A stretch of 63,993 nt of DNA, counting the filler. It is 9 parts of 9 records of this genome, joined end to end, with 100 filler letters (N's around TTAATTAATTAA, not from the genome) between each part and the next. Parts side by side here need not be neighbours in the genome. Positions count along the whole stretch, not along the records: positions 1 to 12,008 come from SRR7504441_6156; positions 12,109 to 23,733 come from SRR7504441_6157; 7 more parts are not named here. One strand, given 5' to 3'. Positions 1-13,749 of this stretch are shown here, in pieces; the stretch's first letter is position 1, and every line of letters begins with the position of its first letter. Below the pieces are notes generated by a model. The model did no database searches. It saw only the letters and a list, made by a program, of their open reading frames with translations, and was not told where the DNA came from. The translations under genes were made by a program, and so were the position numbers.

Positions 1-3000
1 TTTGCTTCGTCTTCTGTTGTCTTGGTACGCTTGATAGTCGAGTCTGGATTTGCCTCAAGGACCTTGTTGATCTGCTCTTCAGACAGTTCTGAGTGAAATC
101 GAGTCATCAGTGCAGGGCATTTGTCTACACTCGTGTTTGGGGGGTCAGGCTGCTTCGAGTTCAGCAGCTCGTAGAAGGCCCGCTTACGCCATATAGATGA
201 CAGACATTGCTGCCACAGCTGCAGCTGACATATCTCCTCCAAGCGCATGCTATTCGACACAAGCCAGGCAACCACGTCACACAAGACATTGCCGGTCTGA
301 TCTACAGTGTCTCGTATCAATTCAGCGATCTGAGGCACAATGACAACGCGTATAGACTGACCCTTTGCGATTCCTCGCATTCTCCACACGCCCTGCGCAT
401 AGTCCCGCAGGTCCATGTCCTTGCCAAGGGTCACAACCGCGCACGCATCCAATGGCTGAGGGATGTCTGTCCCTGTGGTGTGGATCTGATCAAAGAAACT
501 GAACCTCGCCTCGACGGCAAGTCCACACCGGTCCAGTGGTACTGCAGGGCTTTCTGTCCTGTCGACCACCATCTTTCTGTCACCTCGATCCAAGAAGACG
601 CATGCATCTACGTGCTCAAGACCGGCTGCGAGGAGGTGTCTCGCCACTTCCTCGTTTGTCATTCCTGTAATCAGGGCACCTGTGTCTATCAGTGCGTGAT
701 AGTGCCCCCTTGCGACACGGTCGAGCAGCGATTGCACGCTCCAATCCTCGAGTACGTCGGAAGAGACATATGCCTCCGAAGTGAGCACTCTAATCATCTC
801 GGCCTCAGAGCCTTTCTCGTAGTGGCAGGGCGAAAGCTCCTTTGGAAGCAGATTCGATGGAGTGCCTGAGAAGCCGAGCCTGACACCGAAGAGCAGATCA
901 CTCCCCAGGTCGACACCCGAGGCCTGCAATTTCATTTTCTGGTGCTTGGTAGTGAAGGGGAAGACAATGTTGTTCAAGAAATGAAGAGCAACCTCGGGCA
1001 CTGACCGCAACGTTTGCCACACCTTTTGCATCTGCGGCTCATCTTCCAAGCCCACCAGATCAAGCGGCAGCACATCTAGAGCTCGTGAACCTTTCTGAAC
1101 ACCCGCATCATTCTCAACACTAGGTCGGTTCTCTGATTCAATTGCAAAATCTATCCATTGATCAAACAGCACTCGGGTAGCGCGCTCTTTCATCGGCCCG
1201 GCCTCACACTCGAGCTCTTCCTTCAGAAACCGGACTAGTTTGTTGATGTCTTTCTGGCGCAAACCCTCGTAGCGGTGCCAGTAGTGTCAGGCCAATTTGC
1301 ACCTCCTGCGCATTGATTTAATACAGACCACATGCCATAAGCGAACGCACCGGATGTGAGAATTCGGAAGCAGGGCTGGGCCGGTCCTTACCCACAAAGG
1401 GGACAGCCATAAGCCACCGCGACGACTCAGACGCGGTCTGGCCATCCACGCCGTACTGTAGCAGACCAAAGCTGACCTGACCATCGTATCAGGCATGACT
1501 CATCAACACAGGCATACCCGGTTGATCTTCTCCAAGCAGTGAGGGAGGAAATTGCACACCCACGACCTACCTAGATTGAGCAGCTTTGTGGCTTCGGGAT
1601 GAGCGCTAAAGTGCTCTTCGATCACCAGCTCGGCTTCTCCAAGCAGCTCTGGTGCTTCTGAACAATATGCCACTGCCAGCACCCGTCCAGGTTAGCCATA
1701 TACCCGAGAGAGCCGATACCTGCAGCATCTTGAAGCTCACTTGCAGTGATGCCCTTGCCGTCATGACCCGCAGCAGTCGACCCAGCGCGGTGGAGCTCAG
1801 TTCCCGCCTTAGAAACTGTTCTGCTCAGAGCAGGCGTCTGACCAACTGTGCTCTTCGAGCGCTTGAGTGCGTCGACATGCTGCGAGGCTTCAGCAGCGGT
1901 CTCCACAGCACGCTTAAACTCCGGCTGAGCCATGATCCACTGTACCGCCCAATCCCCAAACAGAGGCTGAAGCCGCTCTTTGTAGTAATCAGGGAGCAAC
2001 AAGACGAGATGCGGGGAGCTCTGAAAGGCGTTGCTACGGATTCCGTCTCGTATGGCGGTATCAATCGCCTGTAGAGTGTGAGCCGCGCGCTCGGCGCTGT
2101 CAGCAGAGCTCTGAGCTAGCCGACCCAGCTGCCTGAAGAATAAAGCGTCCAGCAGGTGGCTGGCAAAGGTCCATCGTTTGGGTTGGAGATCGAGAGGCAG
2201 CTTGCCTCCGATGGGATAGTTTAGCTCAGACCGTAGAGGCTGGAGCAGCATGTCCACCTCATCTAGCAGCACCACGCCGTTCTGTTTCGACCCCCAGAGC
2301 GCCACCAGGTCTTGCAGGACGTCAGCGCACTGAGCGTACTTATCATACTCTTCGGCCGAGACTTTAGCGCTCTGCAACTGCTTTGGGGTGAGTCTATCCA
2401 TTGGAACGCAACAAAGGCCCGAAGCTGTCTGCACGAGGTGCAATAGATCTATATATTTTAGCATGCAGGATTTCACGGATTCTGGTGTGGCCAGAACGAT
2501 GCTCCGTGAAGCCCGTGCTCGCTCAAGCTTTTGCACCATCTGTCGCAGCAGCTGAGGCGTCTCTGTTTCCTTCGATGATCGGTCAAAGGTAAAGGTGAGA
2601 ACGGGCTTTTGGATGACGGACGAAAACAGCCTCTTCATTACGCCGCGAGACTGCTCCAGGAGGGCTGACGGAACCACTTGCATGATCAGCGAATCAGAGG
2701 TTGCGAGCATTAACGCCAATAGCGGAGCGATCACTGTTGTCTTACCTTGACCCATAATCATCTGCTCCACACGGGATTGGTCCTCCTTGTGCGAGTCCAC
2801 AAATGCTCGGACTAATTCGACTTGTCTGGCGCGGAGCAGAAACCCAGACAGGAATTCAAAGACAAGGAACCGAGGATCTAGTGCGAATCCTCCGCCAGCC
2901 TTTTCGGCCATGTACGCCCTCTCTGCCTCGATCTCGTTCGCCAAATCCTGCGCCGAGTGCTCTAAAATATGACACATTGCAGTCAGAGACATGCCATCAC

Positions 3001-6000
3001 GGTTTCTTTCATCTGTTGCTTCATCACCAGTGGGGGCGAGCTTTTGTCCTTGGTAAAAGCAACGCTTCCGTGATAAGCGTGCCATTTCCTCGCACCGAGT
3101 GGTGTTTTCAAGTATGGCGCGAGCTTCATCCATGCTGAAACCAGCAAACTGAAGCACCATCAGGCACTGCGTTCTGCTCTTGCCACTCCGGTCCTGCAAC
3201 TGGTGGAGCTCTGCACACAGGGCATGCGAGGTAGCTACTGCAGCTTCAAAGCAATAGTTGCTCTGTTTGAGAGCTGCCCGCAAAACCAGCGCTGGAGCCG
3301 AATGCAAGTCCTGCAACTTGCGAAAGGCTAGCTCCTCGACATGAGCTACAAGCTTGAACCCCTTGGATATGCAACGGTTGAGCTGAGACAGCCTAGCGAC
3401 ACGCAATGAGTAGGGAATGACAACACCGGGGAGAGAAACCTGACGCAAGTGAAGAGGATCTCTGCTGTCTGAGTCAGGAGACAAGAGCAAGCGGCGTGTT
3501 CAAGGTATGGGTTGATCCTTTGAAGGTCCTCGACACTCTTGGTAGAAATGAGCACACTTGCCAGGTACTCAAACCAGAAGGTGCAACGCAGACCTGCAGC
3601 GCATGGTGGTCTCAGTTGGTGTCACAAAAGCTTACACCTGCTTCTCTCAGCAGTAGGAACACAACTTTCTCTGAGTCTGGCTCTCCATCTGTCGGTACTC
3701 TGTTGGCCGTTTCCAGAAGCTCGGCGATCTGGCTTGGTAGATACTCCTTGTCGATCTGCTGCTGCTGCTGCAGACGCGTGAGAAGAGCGAGTAACTCTGC
3801 ACGAGCACTGTGCAATGTTGCAGCAGCCTCACTGGACTTGCAGCCTGTTTTAAGACGCAAGACCTGCACCACAAATGGTCAGATCAATTGCAACAGGACA
3901 CGAATGCCTGAATTCGATCGGCGCTCAGGCACGCAAGGGACGACACCTCGAGCTGCTCCATTTTGTGAGAGAGATAGGCCGTGTCCTGTGTCATTCGCTC
4001 GAGGATAGCTTTGCCCGCAAACCCAGAAGCACTGAGCTGAAATGGGAGCTCTGGCTTGATGTCGACTGCCTCTATTCCATGCTGTGTCCAATGTGCTATC
4101 CCGTCAATGACACCGAGAGGAGCTCTAGCAAACACGTGCATCTCTGCCGGGAGAGGAAGATACGCCTGGGCAGTGTCTGTGATTCCCAGTTGCGCTTGAG
4201 ACCAAAGAGCTGGTTGCAAAGTAATCTTCTCTGGCTCTTCTCCCGGCTCATCTGTCACCTTGCTGATTTTGGGAGCCGGATGCAAGCCACTGCTCTCCGC
4301 ATTCGACCATTCACCCGTGGTGGGTGGGGTGTCGGCCTCTGAATAGGCACGATAGAAGTCGCCGTCCAGCTTGTCGAGCTTCGTTCGATCGGAGATATAC
4401 CAGAAGGCTGCCTTGTGCCCGTGGCGCATTCGAAACCGATACAGTATCAAATCACTCCCATCGTCTTGGTGGGTGTATATTGGAACCTCTGACTCTGGGA
4501 TTAGCCCCGCGTAAGTATACACGCCGTTGACGTGCGGGCTACCAGCACCGGCAACGAGATACGAGCTGCCTTCCTGTGGGCTTTCTTCTCCAGTGTATTC
4601 CTTCCAAACGAGGTCGTCCTGCAAGATTCGCCGGCCCAATACTGTTAGTTGTGCGATGAGGGTTGCCAGCTGTGGGTTGGTGGCAGGAGTGATGCCCCGG
4701 AGTAAGGAATCTCGGTTCTGCCACACAGTCTTAACAACCTATGACAGGAGTTCGCACCTTGGAAAATGGCAAAGAGGGGAATTGGTATGGAAACTGTATT
4801 GCAGAGTAGTTGGCGCTTGTCAAGGCCACAAGAGGACAAAGTGCGCTGTATGCCACGAGATGCTTGCGAATTTCAGCGTCCGCGTCTTTCTTGACATCAC
4901 CAGATGCATCGACCATAGTGCTCACAAATGCGCCATGAAGCATCATCTTTGCGAGGGTGGCACAGCAGCTGTGTACCCGCCGAGGACCTTCATCTGCCTC
5001 CACGATTTTGTGCTTTTCAGTCTCTGCTTCATCCTCGTCTTTAATGGTTGCAGGCACTTTTGCAGTGGCCTTAAGGGTTGCAGGGTCTATGTGTCGAAGG
5101 CACTCAACAGCGTGTTCGAAAACCCCTTTCGCCCGTCGGAGTGCGAACTCCGCAACCTCTCGCTCTATCCTCATATTCAGGGCTATGGCGGCCACCTCCA
5201 TCAGCTGCAGTACAATTGGTTCGGGCTCGTTCCCTGACTCTGCGTCTAACACCTTGATTTCCCCGGTCAATGCGCTGTCAACAATGCGCAGGTCCACTCG
5301 TCCTACCAGCATGTCATAAAGCAGACCAAATCCCGTGGCTCGAAAACTGCCTGCAAGATTGTCGGACCAGAAGAGATTGAGCGTCTCAAGAGCACCAGCT
5401 CCGACCAACGCCTCACCAGTTGGACGGTTGTATTTGACAGCAAAGTCGACAGAACCGGACTCGATTCCCTTGACGATATCCTGGTTGCTCACCTGCCTTG
5501 TTATGCTTGCCAATTGCTCTAGCAATCCGCCAATCTCTTTGGATTCAGGCTTGGGAAGCTCGAAAGTTGACGCGGCTGTAGGATCTTGGTGCGCCTTTTT
5601 CAGCGCCTTTAGATAAGAAAGCCGGCTCTCGTGGGTCTGGACCAGCTCCTCCTCAGAATGATCCAGCTTGCACAACGCAGAAACGTGGCCGAGTGTCTGT
5701 GTGTAGACTGCCACCGCACTCTCAGATTTAACACTCTTGGGCACGCATACCTCCAAGATCCTTGTCAACGTCCCAAGGTACCTTTGTTCGGGCCTGCTGA
5801 CACAGCAGCACGAGCCTAAGGCGACAAGCAACAGCATCTGGATGCGCATCTCGGAAGAATTTCTCGTCAGCGGTTCGGTTGATGAGCGAAAGGATAAACC
5901 TAAGACCCAGTCAGCAGAAGGATGGGGTGCACTAGGCTACACACTGTTGCTCTTTGTCGAACGGGGAATCAGTGGTGCAGGATTGCAGCCCTCGAGTCGC

Positions 6001-9000
6001 ATCAATGTACTGACATCCAACTAGTCGAAGCAAGACCAAGTAAAGAGCTGACGAGATACCATCTGTCTCCAGGAACGAGTTGCTGAGGTGCATTGGGTAG
6101 ACATAGAAGCGTGTTTGGACGCTGTTACTCCACTCAGTTGAGCGGTCAAGCACCAGCTCGGTCGAGAACGGGCATGCGCGTACCTAGCATAACTGTAAGG
6201 TCTTGTGAGCCTTCGGAGGGCTACCTTCACTCTTGATACACCAAAGTTGGGCACGAAAAGAGAGTACTCTCCATATTGGTTTTCGAGGACGAGTGCATGC
6301 GGGATCCCAATCAAGTGCTGTCGTACCTCTGCACTCTGGAGGCCACCCTTACTCACAAACAACCCTTGATGGTCGGAAGACATCAAGCTGACTCCGCCAC
6401 CAGGGCACGGCGCAGCTGTAAACTTGGTGTTGAGTCTTGGGAGCTCGACACTTGTGATCTCGCATATGTCGCCTGGCTCACCAAGCGATGTGCTCCAGAC
6501 CAGAATGTGAGATGCGTTCTCCATACGGGCAAACATAGACAGCACTAACGAGAGATCACTGCCCTCCGGGGCTTCAATTGCATTGAACAGCACCTCACTG
6601 GGCTCGGTCTGGCACTCGTCAAGACGCCGAACCACTGCGTCCCCACCTGCAAGCACAATATTCATTCACGCCTGGACGGTGTGCACCGTCAAGACCCTCA
6701 ATGAGGATCTGCTTGGATCCAGAATGCCTGGCGTACCCTCTGATGGTGTTATCACCAGTTCGCCAGAAGCTGAACTGCTCCAGCAGGCACTCGGGGACAA
6801 GCCCCCGCAGAGCATCTTCAGGCACGTACACCTCCATGTCCTGCTCTCCATGCACTGGCTTCAGCGAGGGCTCTGTCGCAGCCCGATGGCGCGAAATGAC
6901 CAACGAACCTACATCATGGTCGAACATGTATCCAACCCCAGGCACTTGCGGCACCGCGCCATCAGAGCTGAGGTAGCCTTCCAGGAAGTGCCCAGCAGCA
7001 AATCTCAGTCCGTCCGCCCACGGTTGCTCCCGATCCTTGCTTGAGCAGGCGAGATCTCGCAGCTCCCAGCGCGAATCAGTTGAGTAAACCAACTTCCGCA
7101 CCGCCTGGCGTCCGTGTATGTGTGTCAAGTAAATAGCTATCGTTTCCCTGGCGGCACGAGCTTCGATCTCAAACAGAGCGCCCGGATGGCCACGTCGCTG
7201 ATCTGTGTCTCCAGGGCCCTCCCTGAAATGCATCAGCCATTTTGCTGCCAAGTGGCTGGGACAGGCTTCTGAACAGACGTACAACGTAGGAAATTCATCG
7301 ACAGTGAGACCCCCATTCCGCTCGCTCGCAGTCGAAGGGTCGTAAAGTAGCACTTCTTTGAGCCGTCTGCTGGCCCAAACTGGCGCATGAGGCGTAGACT
7401 CGCAGTTGAGGTCGTAATCTTCATAGGCAGATCCACGGACGCTGACGCCGTGTGGACCAACTGAAGGCAAACCAGCAGCAACAGACGAGTCAAGCCCACC
7501 AAGCAGGCCTGTGTTGACGCCCTCCTGCCGCCCTGCAGTTCGTGCAGCCAGCGAATGCTTCACCCAGCCTGCTGGGGTGGACTGCAGCGGCCGCCAGGCA
7601 CACACGTCGTACACTTGGTCCTTGTTGAATACCTGTATCGTTTTCGAAGTAACAGACGTCCCCAAGACGGCACAGTAGAGTCCACCAGAGTCAGAGCCAT
7701 CAAGCTGCAGCGCTGCCCTGAAGTCGCGATGGCTCGATATCGAGGGCGGGACAGGCACACGAATTCGGCCACGAACAAACACCTCGGCGGTCTGTAAGTT
7801 GACTCGAAGCAGCCCATTAGGATCTTGGAAGACGCCACGGACCGCCTGCTCGCCAGCACTGGACTGTTGCATAGCTGCGTCATAGACTCCTTTCTTGAAA
7901 CCGGACCTGACCTGGTCGGTGTTGTGGCCTTCAGCTTGTAGAGCCTTCTGAACAGCAGCCTGCGGCACCCGCAGCTCTTCGCTTAGGGCCGCAACCACGG
8001 CCTGGGATATTGGTGCGTGTGCAGTGACCCGGAAACCCCAATCTTGGTTGGACGAATCGGACGAGAACTCAACAAACACCCGATCAGCACCGACCACCAG
8101 AGGAGGCCGGCCGTCTTTACCGGGCCAGTGCTCACCACTGATCCTCTCAGCTCCAGGGACGGGCACCAGACGGCCGGCTTGCTCTGTGTAGAGAGTCACA
8201 TAGTCACAGAGCGATTCAGTTGAGCACTGCTCATCGAAGTACAGCGTCATGTACTCCACCCCAGGAAAGTAGAATTCGTCGCGCTGGACCAGGTTTGGGT
8301 GGTATGGGTGGCTGGACTCTACAGTCCGGGAACACATTAACGGCTGCGAAGTGACCGAGACCCAATCTCGAGTGACCGCGCGTGCTGAGTCGGCGTCTAA
8401 CGAGGCCAGTCCACCTTTCAGTGCGACCGAGACCAGATCGCTGAGCACCAGATCCAGCTCATGAGGCTCAGCTGCACCGACAAGCAGCAAGAGCTGGTTC
8501 CTATGCACCTCAAACATGCCCAGCACAGCGCTCACTACCCCGTCTCCAGGGAAGGGGTCTGTGCCGGGAGGGGGACCAGGGCCTGTGAGGATAGTAAACA
8601 AATCGGCTTCTTCCTCTTCAACGCTTTCCGCCTCACCGCTGGCTTGTGCTGGGTCGACTCGCTGCTCGCTGTGCCAGGACATGACATACGCAACTGAGCA
8701 TAGGAAGAGCCTGCCGGTCTGAAAACTCAGGGCAGGGCTGCTTCCATAGACAAGCGCAAGATGAGCATGTAGCCGAACTGAATTAACAGTCTCGCCGGCT
8801 GCCTCGGACTGCGAGATCCAGAAGCGCAGCAAGGATACAATTCTCTCGAGACAGGGCCCGAGGATGCCATCCTCCGCAGGCCAGCTAGCATCTCCAGCGA
8901 AAGTCTTGATCCTTACAATCAAGCGTACTACAAACAGTAGGACTTCGACAAATCGGGAATTGTGATCACCAGTGCAGAGCGCCATGATTCCCTTGGCCAG

Positions 9001-12000
9001 CTTTGCTAAAGGCTCCAGAATCGAGTCAATGTTGTGCTCAATCTCATGCACCAGCAGTCCTTGTGCTGTGCCCAGGTAAGTGGCCCGGTCTTCCGCGACC
9101 ACTGGTATCTCCTGTGGCGAGATCTCCTCTGCAGAGTAATGCCGAGGCTCGAAAATGACGCTCTCAAGAACGCTTTGCAGCTTCGCACTGATGAGTAGCC
9201 TTGCACGCTCAGAGGCAAAGAAGTTGAGAACGAGTTGGATTGAAAGGCCAGGCACCGTGAGAAAAGAAAGAAACAGCTCAGCTGCGACATCAAAAGTAAT
9301 CAGCAGCCCTAGTCAGGGGGTCAGACCTTCCTCGTGAGAGAGTGTGTCATCAAACAAAGGGAGCTGGTCTCTCTTTATGTAAAGCACATCGGCCTCAGTC
9401 GCATTGTCGCTCTTGTAGCCTTCTAGCCCTAAGTATGTTGTTGGATCTGCCGGGCTGGGAGGATGAGGCATCCCGACGCCAATCATGTCCGCATCAGCTA
9501 CAGAGACTTTGAACGCCGAAAGCGACTCTTGAGTGGTGACAAATGCGAACATTGGTCGTGCATGGCTCGTGTACCACATTGCTGGCCACCGTTTGTTCTT
9601 GGGGTGGGCAGCCAGCAGCCCTGATGGCTCAAGCATGAGCTTATACAAGAAAATGATGTCCCTCAGATCGGCCATCTCAGGGCACTTGCCTTGCCAGCTG
9701 GACGCAAACCAGCGACCTAGTCTCTCGGGTTCGCCACAGTGGCCTGTTGCTTGATGGTATTGCGCAAGCCTGAGGTTGGCTGCGGGCAGCTCCTCGTCAC
9801 AACCAAGCACCTGCTCTTTCCGATTCAGCCCAGCTCCCGCAAGGCTCACGCCTGTGTCAGCTTCTTAGTGAAACCCAGTGTGACTTCATCTGCGTTAGCA
9901 GCAAAGTTGACTGCGCACAATGTCAGCATTGGCCACCTGGCAAGCCACCGTGTGGATGAGTGCCCACGAAGTTGAAGTCACTCATCAGGGCTGGCCGCTC
10001 ATCTTTTCCAAAGTATGCCAGCGCCATCTTGCGAGCAGCTGAGAACTCGCGAGAGTGCAGCAGCATGCATGCAGATAAGCTCTCAAGGCTCACTCCTGTG
10101 TGACTGGCTGTTGACACTGTGTAACCTTTATCCGCCTCGCCCTTCGCAGGCTTATCGGAAGGCTTCGTCTCGTCCTTTGCTTCAATCGAGCTAGCGCCTG
10201 TCAGCATCTGGAACAAGGCGGATGGCTGATCTGTAGCCTGCACTCGGATCACAGCCAGTGTGGTTGCGAGCAGCATGGCCATGGTGACGGCGTGGGCCGA
10301 ATCCATCCCACGGTCGCTGTCTTTCGACTTGCAAGCCGAGACATATTGCATCGCTATCTCCAGCAACTGACGAACGAGCCTTTGCTGAGCCTCAAGAGTC
10401 AATCCGTCGTTCGGAAAGCCACAATTATGCTCAGGCAGCTTGACGCCTCCGGTGAACGTGCGCTCGACCACAGCGCAGACCTGGTGCATAGCGGTCACCG
10501 GCGACGAGGCGATCGACTTATCACGAATTTGCGAGCAACTCTGACCCGCCAAAGTAAGCAAGCAGCTGTGGGTCGGGGCGAGTGCACCTCAAGACATTCT
10601 GTCAGCCGACCTGTGAGCTGGGCAAGGCTAGTGGTCGGTTCGCTAGGCTCCCAGCATAGGTCAACGAACAGGTCTGGCGCCACCTAAGTCGACCTGTCAG
10701 CTGTTTGTTTGGACTAGCCAACGACCTGCGTGTTCTTGCCAACAAAAGCCTTCACATCAGGGCATGTCAGTACCGCCTCCAGCCCACGAAACGGCATCAG
10801 CTCTGCCGACCCGGCCAGCGCAAACGCCTGATCCGCCAGTGAGTCCTTCTACAGGCCGATTCGATTCAAACAAACCTGGTCGGGTGCGCCGACGCTCGCC
10901 TCAGGCGCCACTTCTGCAACGAGCGCTGTGACTGCCTGGAGCCCCTCCGCCGCTCTGCGCAGCTGCTCAGGGCTCATCACCCCGCGCTTGTGCAGCTTAG
11001 CGGCCGCCAGCCCGGTCTGCTGGACAGCTAGCCGCACCAGCCGGCAGTCCGAGCTGTTGAGAGTTGGATGCGAACAGGCTCGGATCTGCCTTTCTGCCCT
11101 GCAGACAAACCCTGTTCGAATCCTCCAAAACAGCTGCTTCTGCTGGTCCACAGAAAACCCGTCCACCTTGAGCAGGTAACGGAAAGCGGTGAGCACGCAA
11201 CGGTAGAAGCACGTCCCAGACCGCTGTGGCGTCTCAAAGTGGCCACCAGAGTGCTGCGAGCGCTCTAAAGCTCCAGCCGGGCATGAGCCAGCCAGGTGGG
11301 GCAGCAAGACCTCGTAGAACATGGCCGAGCAGTTCTCCGGCCCGACGGTCATGATCATCTTCATAATCACGTACCAAGTTGCCTGGTCGCACACCTTGCT
11401 TGCCGGTACGCCCTCCAGCCGCATTGCGCATTGCCTCTTGAGTTTGGGATATTCGCCGGTGCTCTGCGGGTGGTACTGCACCCCGCCACCGGTGTTGCAG
11501 GTGACCAGCCCAAAGCTCCCGTCGTCGGCTTTCTCAAGGAGCAGCACGATGGCGTGGTTCCGGGCCGGGTTGGCGTTGATCCACCCCGCCGGGAAGGCCA
11601 GGCGCTCCCCAGGGGCCAGCCGGCTCACTCTGTCCATCATCCGCTCGACCATGGCCTGCATGTGCCCCGGGCCCCGCTCGGCCTTGATCTCCTCGTCCAG
11701 ATCTGCCAGCTGCTCTATAGCCGCCAGCACCGGCCCCAGCCGCCTCAGCTGTTCCTCGCTGAACAGGGTGAGCTCCCCGGCGCTGCCGCGGGCTCATCCG
11801 GCGGCCAGCGCGCGCAGCGCACCTCTGCAGCGCCTCCCGGGTGACTGAAAGCAGCGTGCGGATCGCCGGGCCTGGCCAGGGGCTCGGCCGCGGGCTGCGG
11901 GCTGGGCGGGCGCACCGATCGCCCCGCCCTCCAGCGCGGTGTTCTTGATGAAGGCGTCCCCGAACTGGCCTGCGAACGCCGACTGCCGCCAGATGCATTC

Positions 12001-12008
12001 CTCCGCCG
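1..12008 (-). CDS. Giant multi-exon DUF3638/DUF3645-type protein with degenerate P-loop/helicase-like motifs; partial at both ends
   Basis: Chain of minus-strand ORFs separated by ~40-nt introns. Motifs: DPRFLVFEF...LLRARQ, QMIMGQGKTTVIAPLL, LLDEVDMLL, VPFVGKD, RYEGLR, FSGTP, DQIHTTGTD, YAQGVWRMR. N-terminal HAIVLLLEK...CNTGGG...QRSGTC module; CUB-like ESSHPY...FDEQCSTE insert near 8000-8330. Confidence 0.8.
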
Positions 12009-12108
12009 NNNNNNNNNNNNNNNNNNNNNNNNNNNNNNNNNNNNNNNNNNNNTTAATTAATTAANNNNNNNNNNNNNNNNNNNNNNNNNNNNNNNNNNNN
12101 NNNNNNNN
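12009..12108. other. Artificial contig spacer; identical spacers at 23734-23833, 29999-30098, 38855-38954, 46675-46774, 51539-51638, 55554-55653, 60832-60931
   Basis: 44 N + TTAATTAATTAA (stops in all six frames) + 44 N, eight times. Confidence 0.99.
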
Positions 12109-13683
12109 CTCAGCAAAGGCCCTGTTGTATCCTCTGCAAGTTCGCCGCTGTTCGGCTCAGCCAACGGTTCGGCCATACAGTCATCAGCTGACTCACTCTG
12201 AGCAACTGATGGCTCGAAAAGCTGTTTGAGATCAGTCGCATTCCTGTGCAAGTTCGTCAGACCAATGCTCGAGCGCCGACGCATCCGCTGTGACAGAGAG
12301 TTGGCCTGCCACACCCGTTAGATGACCGTTGGCAGCTAGGGATGACCTGCTCGGCAGCTGTACTCGCAGGTGCGTGCTCGGGCGGAGGCTGGCTCCGAGC
12401 TGGGAGCGGCGCTTCCATTGGGTCGATAGAAGGCTGGACGCTAGCCGGCAGCGGCGCTTCCATTGGATCGACCGCGCTGGACTCGGGAGAATTCGACTCG
12501 CCAGTCTCCTGGGCTTTTGGAAGTTTCTCCGGGGCAGCCTGCTCTTTGGGCGGGCTTATCTGCTCCTCGTATGCAGAATCCAGCAGCGACGAGAGCGGGG
12601 CGTTGAAGTCATCTGCGATCAACTGCTTACACCCGGCCGGGACGCGACGGGCTCACCAAAGCCAACGTCCACAGCTCCGAACGAAGACCTGCGGCGAAGC
12701 CTCTGGGACAGAGTAGTACCTGCCTCCTCAGCCGGGGAGGGCTCGGCCTGTGGCCCCAATCAATCAGCCATCCTATCACGGAGCCGTTACCTGCGCAGGC
12801 CGAGCAGCTGGGCTGACGCTTGGCGAGCCGGCTTGCAGGAGCGTCGACAGCGACAGCGGCTGTGCTGCTGCTGTATCAGCCTGCAGCACACAGCTCACTA
12901 GTGCATTCGGAGAGCTGGGGCACCTGCGCCGGTGCGACGCTGGCTGGCTCAGGCACGGACGAGGCCGAGAGGCTGTGCTCGATCACCTCCATCTCGGCTT
13001 CTATTTGCTTGGCCCAGGCTTCCGAATTGAGAGATTCCGACACTGCGAGTGATTCGGACGGCTCCGGCTGGTTGCCCGTGCAGACGCTCCCGTCGAACGA
13101 GAGCTTGGACACCGGCGAGAGCTCGTCGGCACTGGGTTCGGTTGGAGCCGCAACGGATGCCTCCTGCATCGCCTCGCGGAAGCCAGTGACTGGGCGCTGG
13201 CTAGCGTTGTTGGCCTGCGCTGCGGGTGAGACCGAGGCGCCAACCGGGCGCACCTGCGTGTCGCAGTGCACCGAGAACGGCGAGCTGGGCAGCGGCGAGT
13301 TCTTGACGAATTCGCGGACCTGAGGCCGAGCTCGGGCGGATGATTGGCGGGGAGTCAACCTCGTCTGGCATCGCGGAGAACGAGACCCGCCGGCCGAGCG
13401 ACTTCCGGGGCTTCTTCCGCTTCGGCGACTTGCGCACCACAGGCGACTGCCTCAGCTTGGACGGCGACGGGTTCGGCTGCGCGTTGCGTCCGAAGGGCGA
13501 GGCGATCTGCCGGCCAGGCGGCTCGGGGTGCCGCCGGGAGAGGCTGGGCACCTTGTTGTTGACTAGACTGCCCAGGATCGAGCGGGGCGACTCGGCCATC
13601 GAGTTGTTCGGCCGCTTGACCCGCCGGATCGGGCTGGCCTCCGGCCGGTCCGCCGGGAGGGCCGCTCTGAACTGGAAGGCCAT
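12109..13683 (-). CDS. Low-complexity protein with SILG and RRVSF motifs; candidate KNL1/Spc105 kinetochore scaffold N-terminus (3' partial)
   Basis: ATG at 13683. PRSILG...KSLGRRVSFSAMPDE|VREF across a 40-nt intron, then a disordered region with a repeated DPMEAPLPA motif. Confidence 0.45.
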
Positions 13684-13749
13684 CAGATCTGCATTTTTCG
13701 TTCCAAACAATTTCGAGACCGTTGAAATCGAATAAAAAAATTCTCCGAC

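Noticed and set aside
207-869. 220-aa plus-strand ORF and many other overlapping ORFs in the track
   Set aside because: Antisense or alternative-frame shadows of real genes in GC-rich DNA. Here the minus strand carries conserved DUF3638-family motifs up to the window edge.
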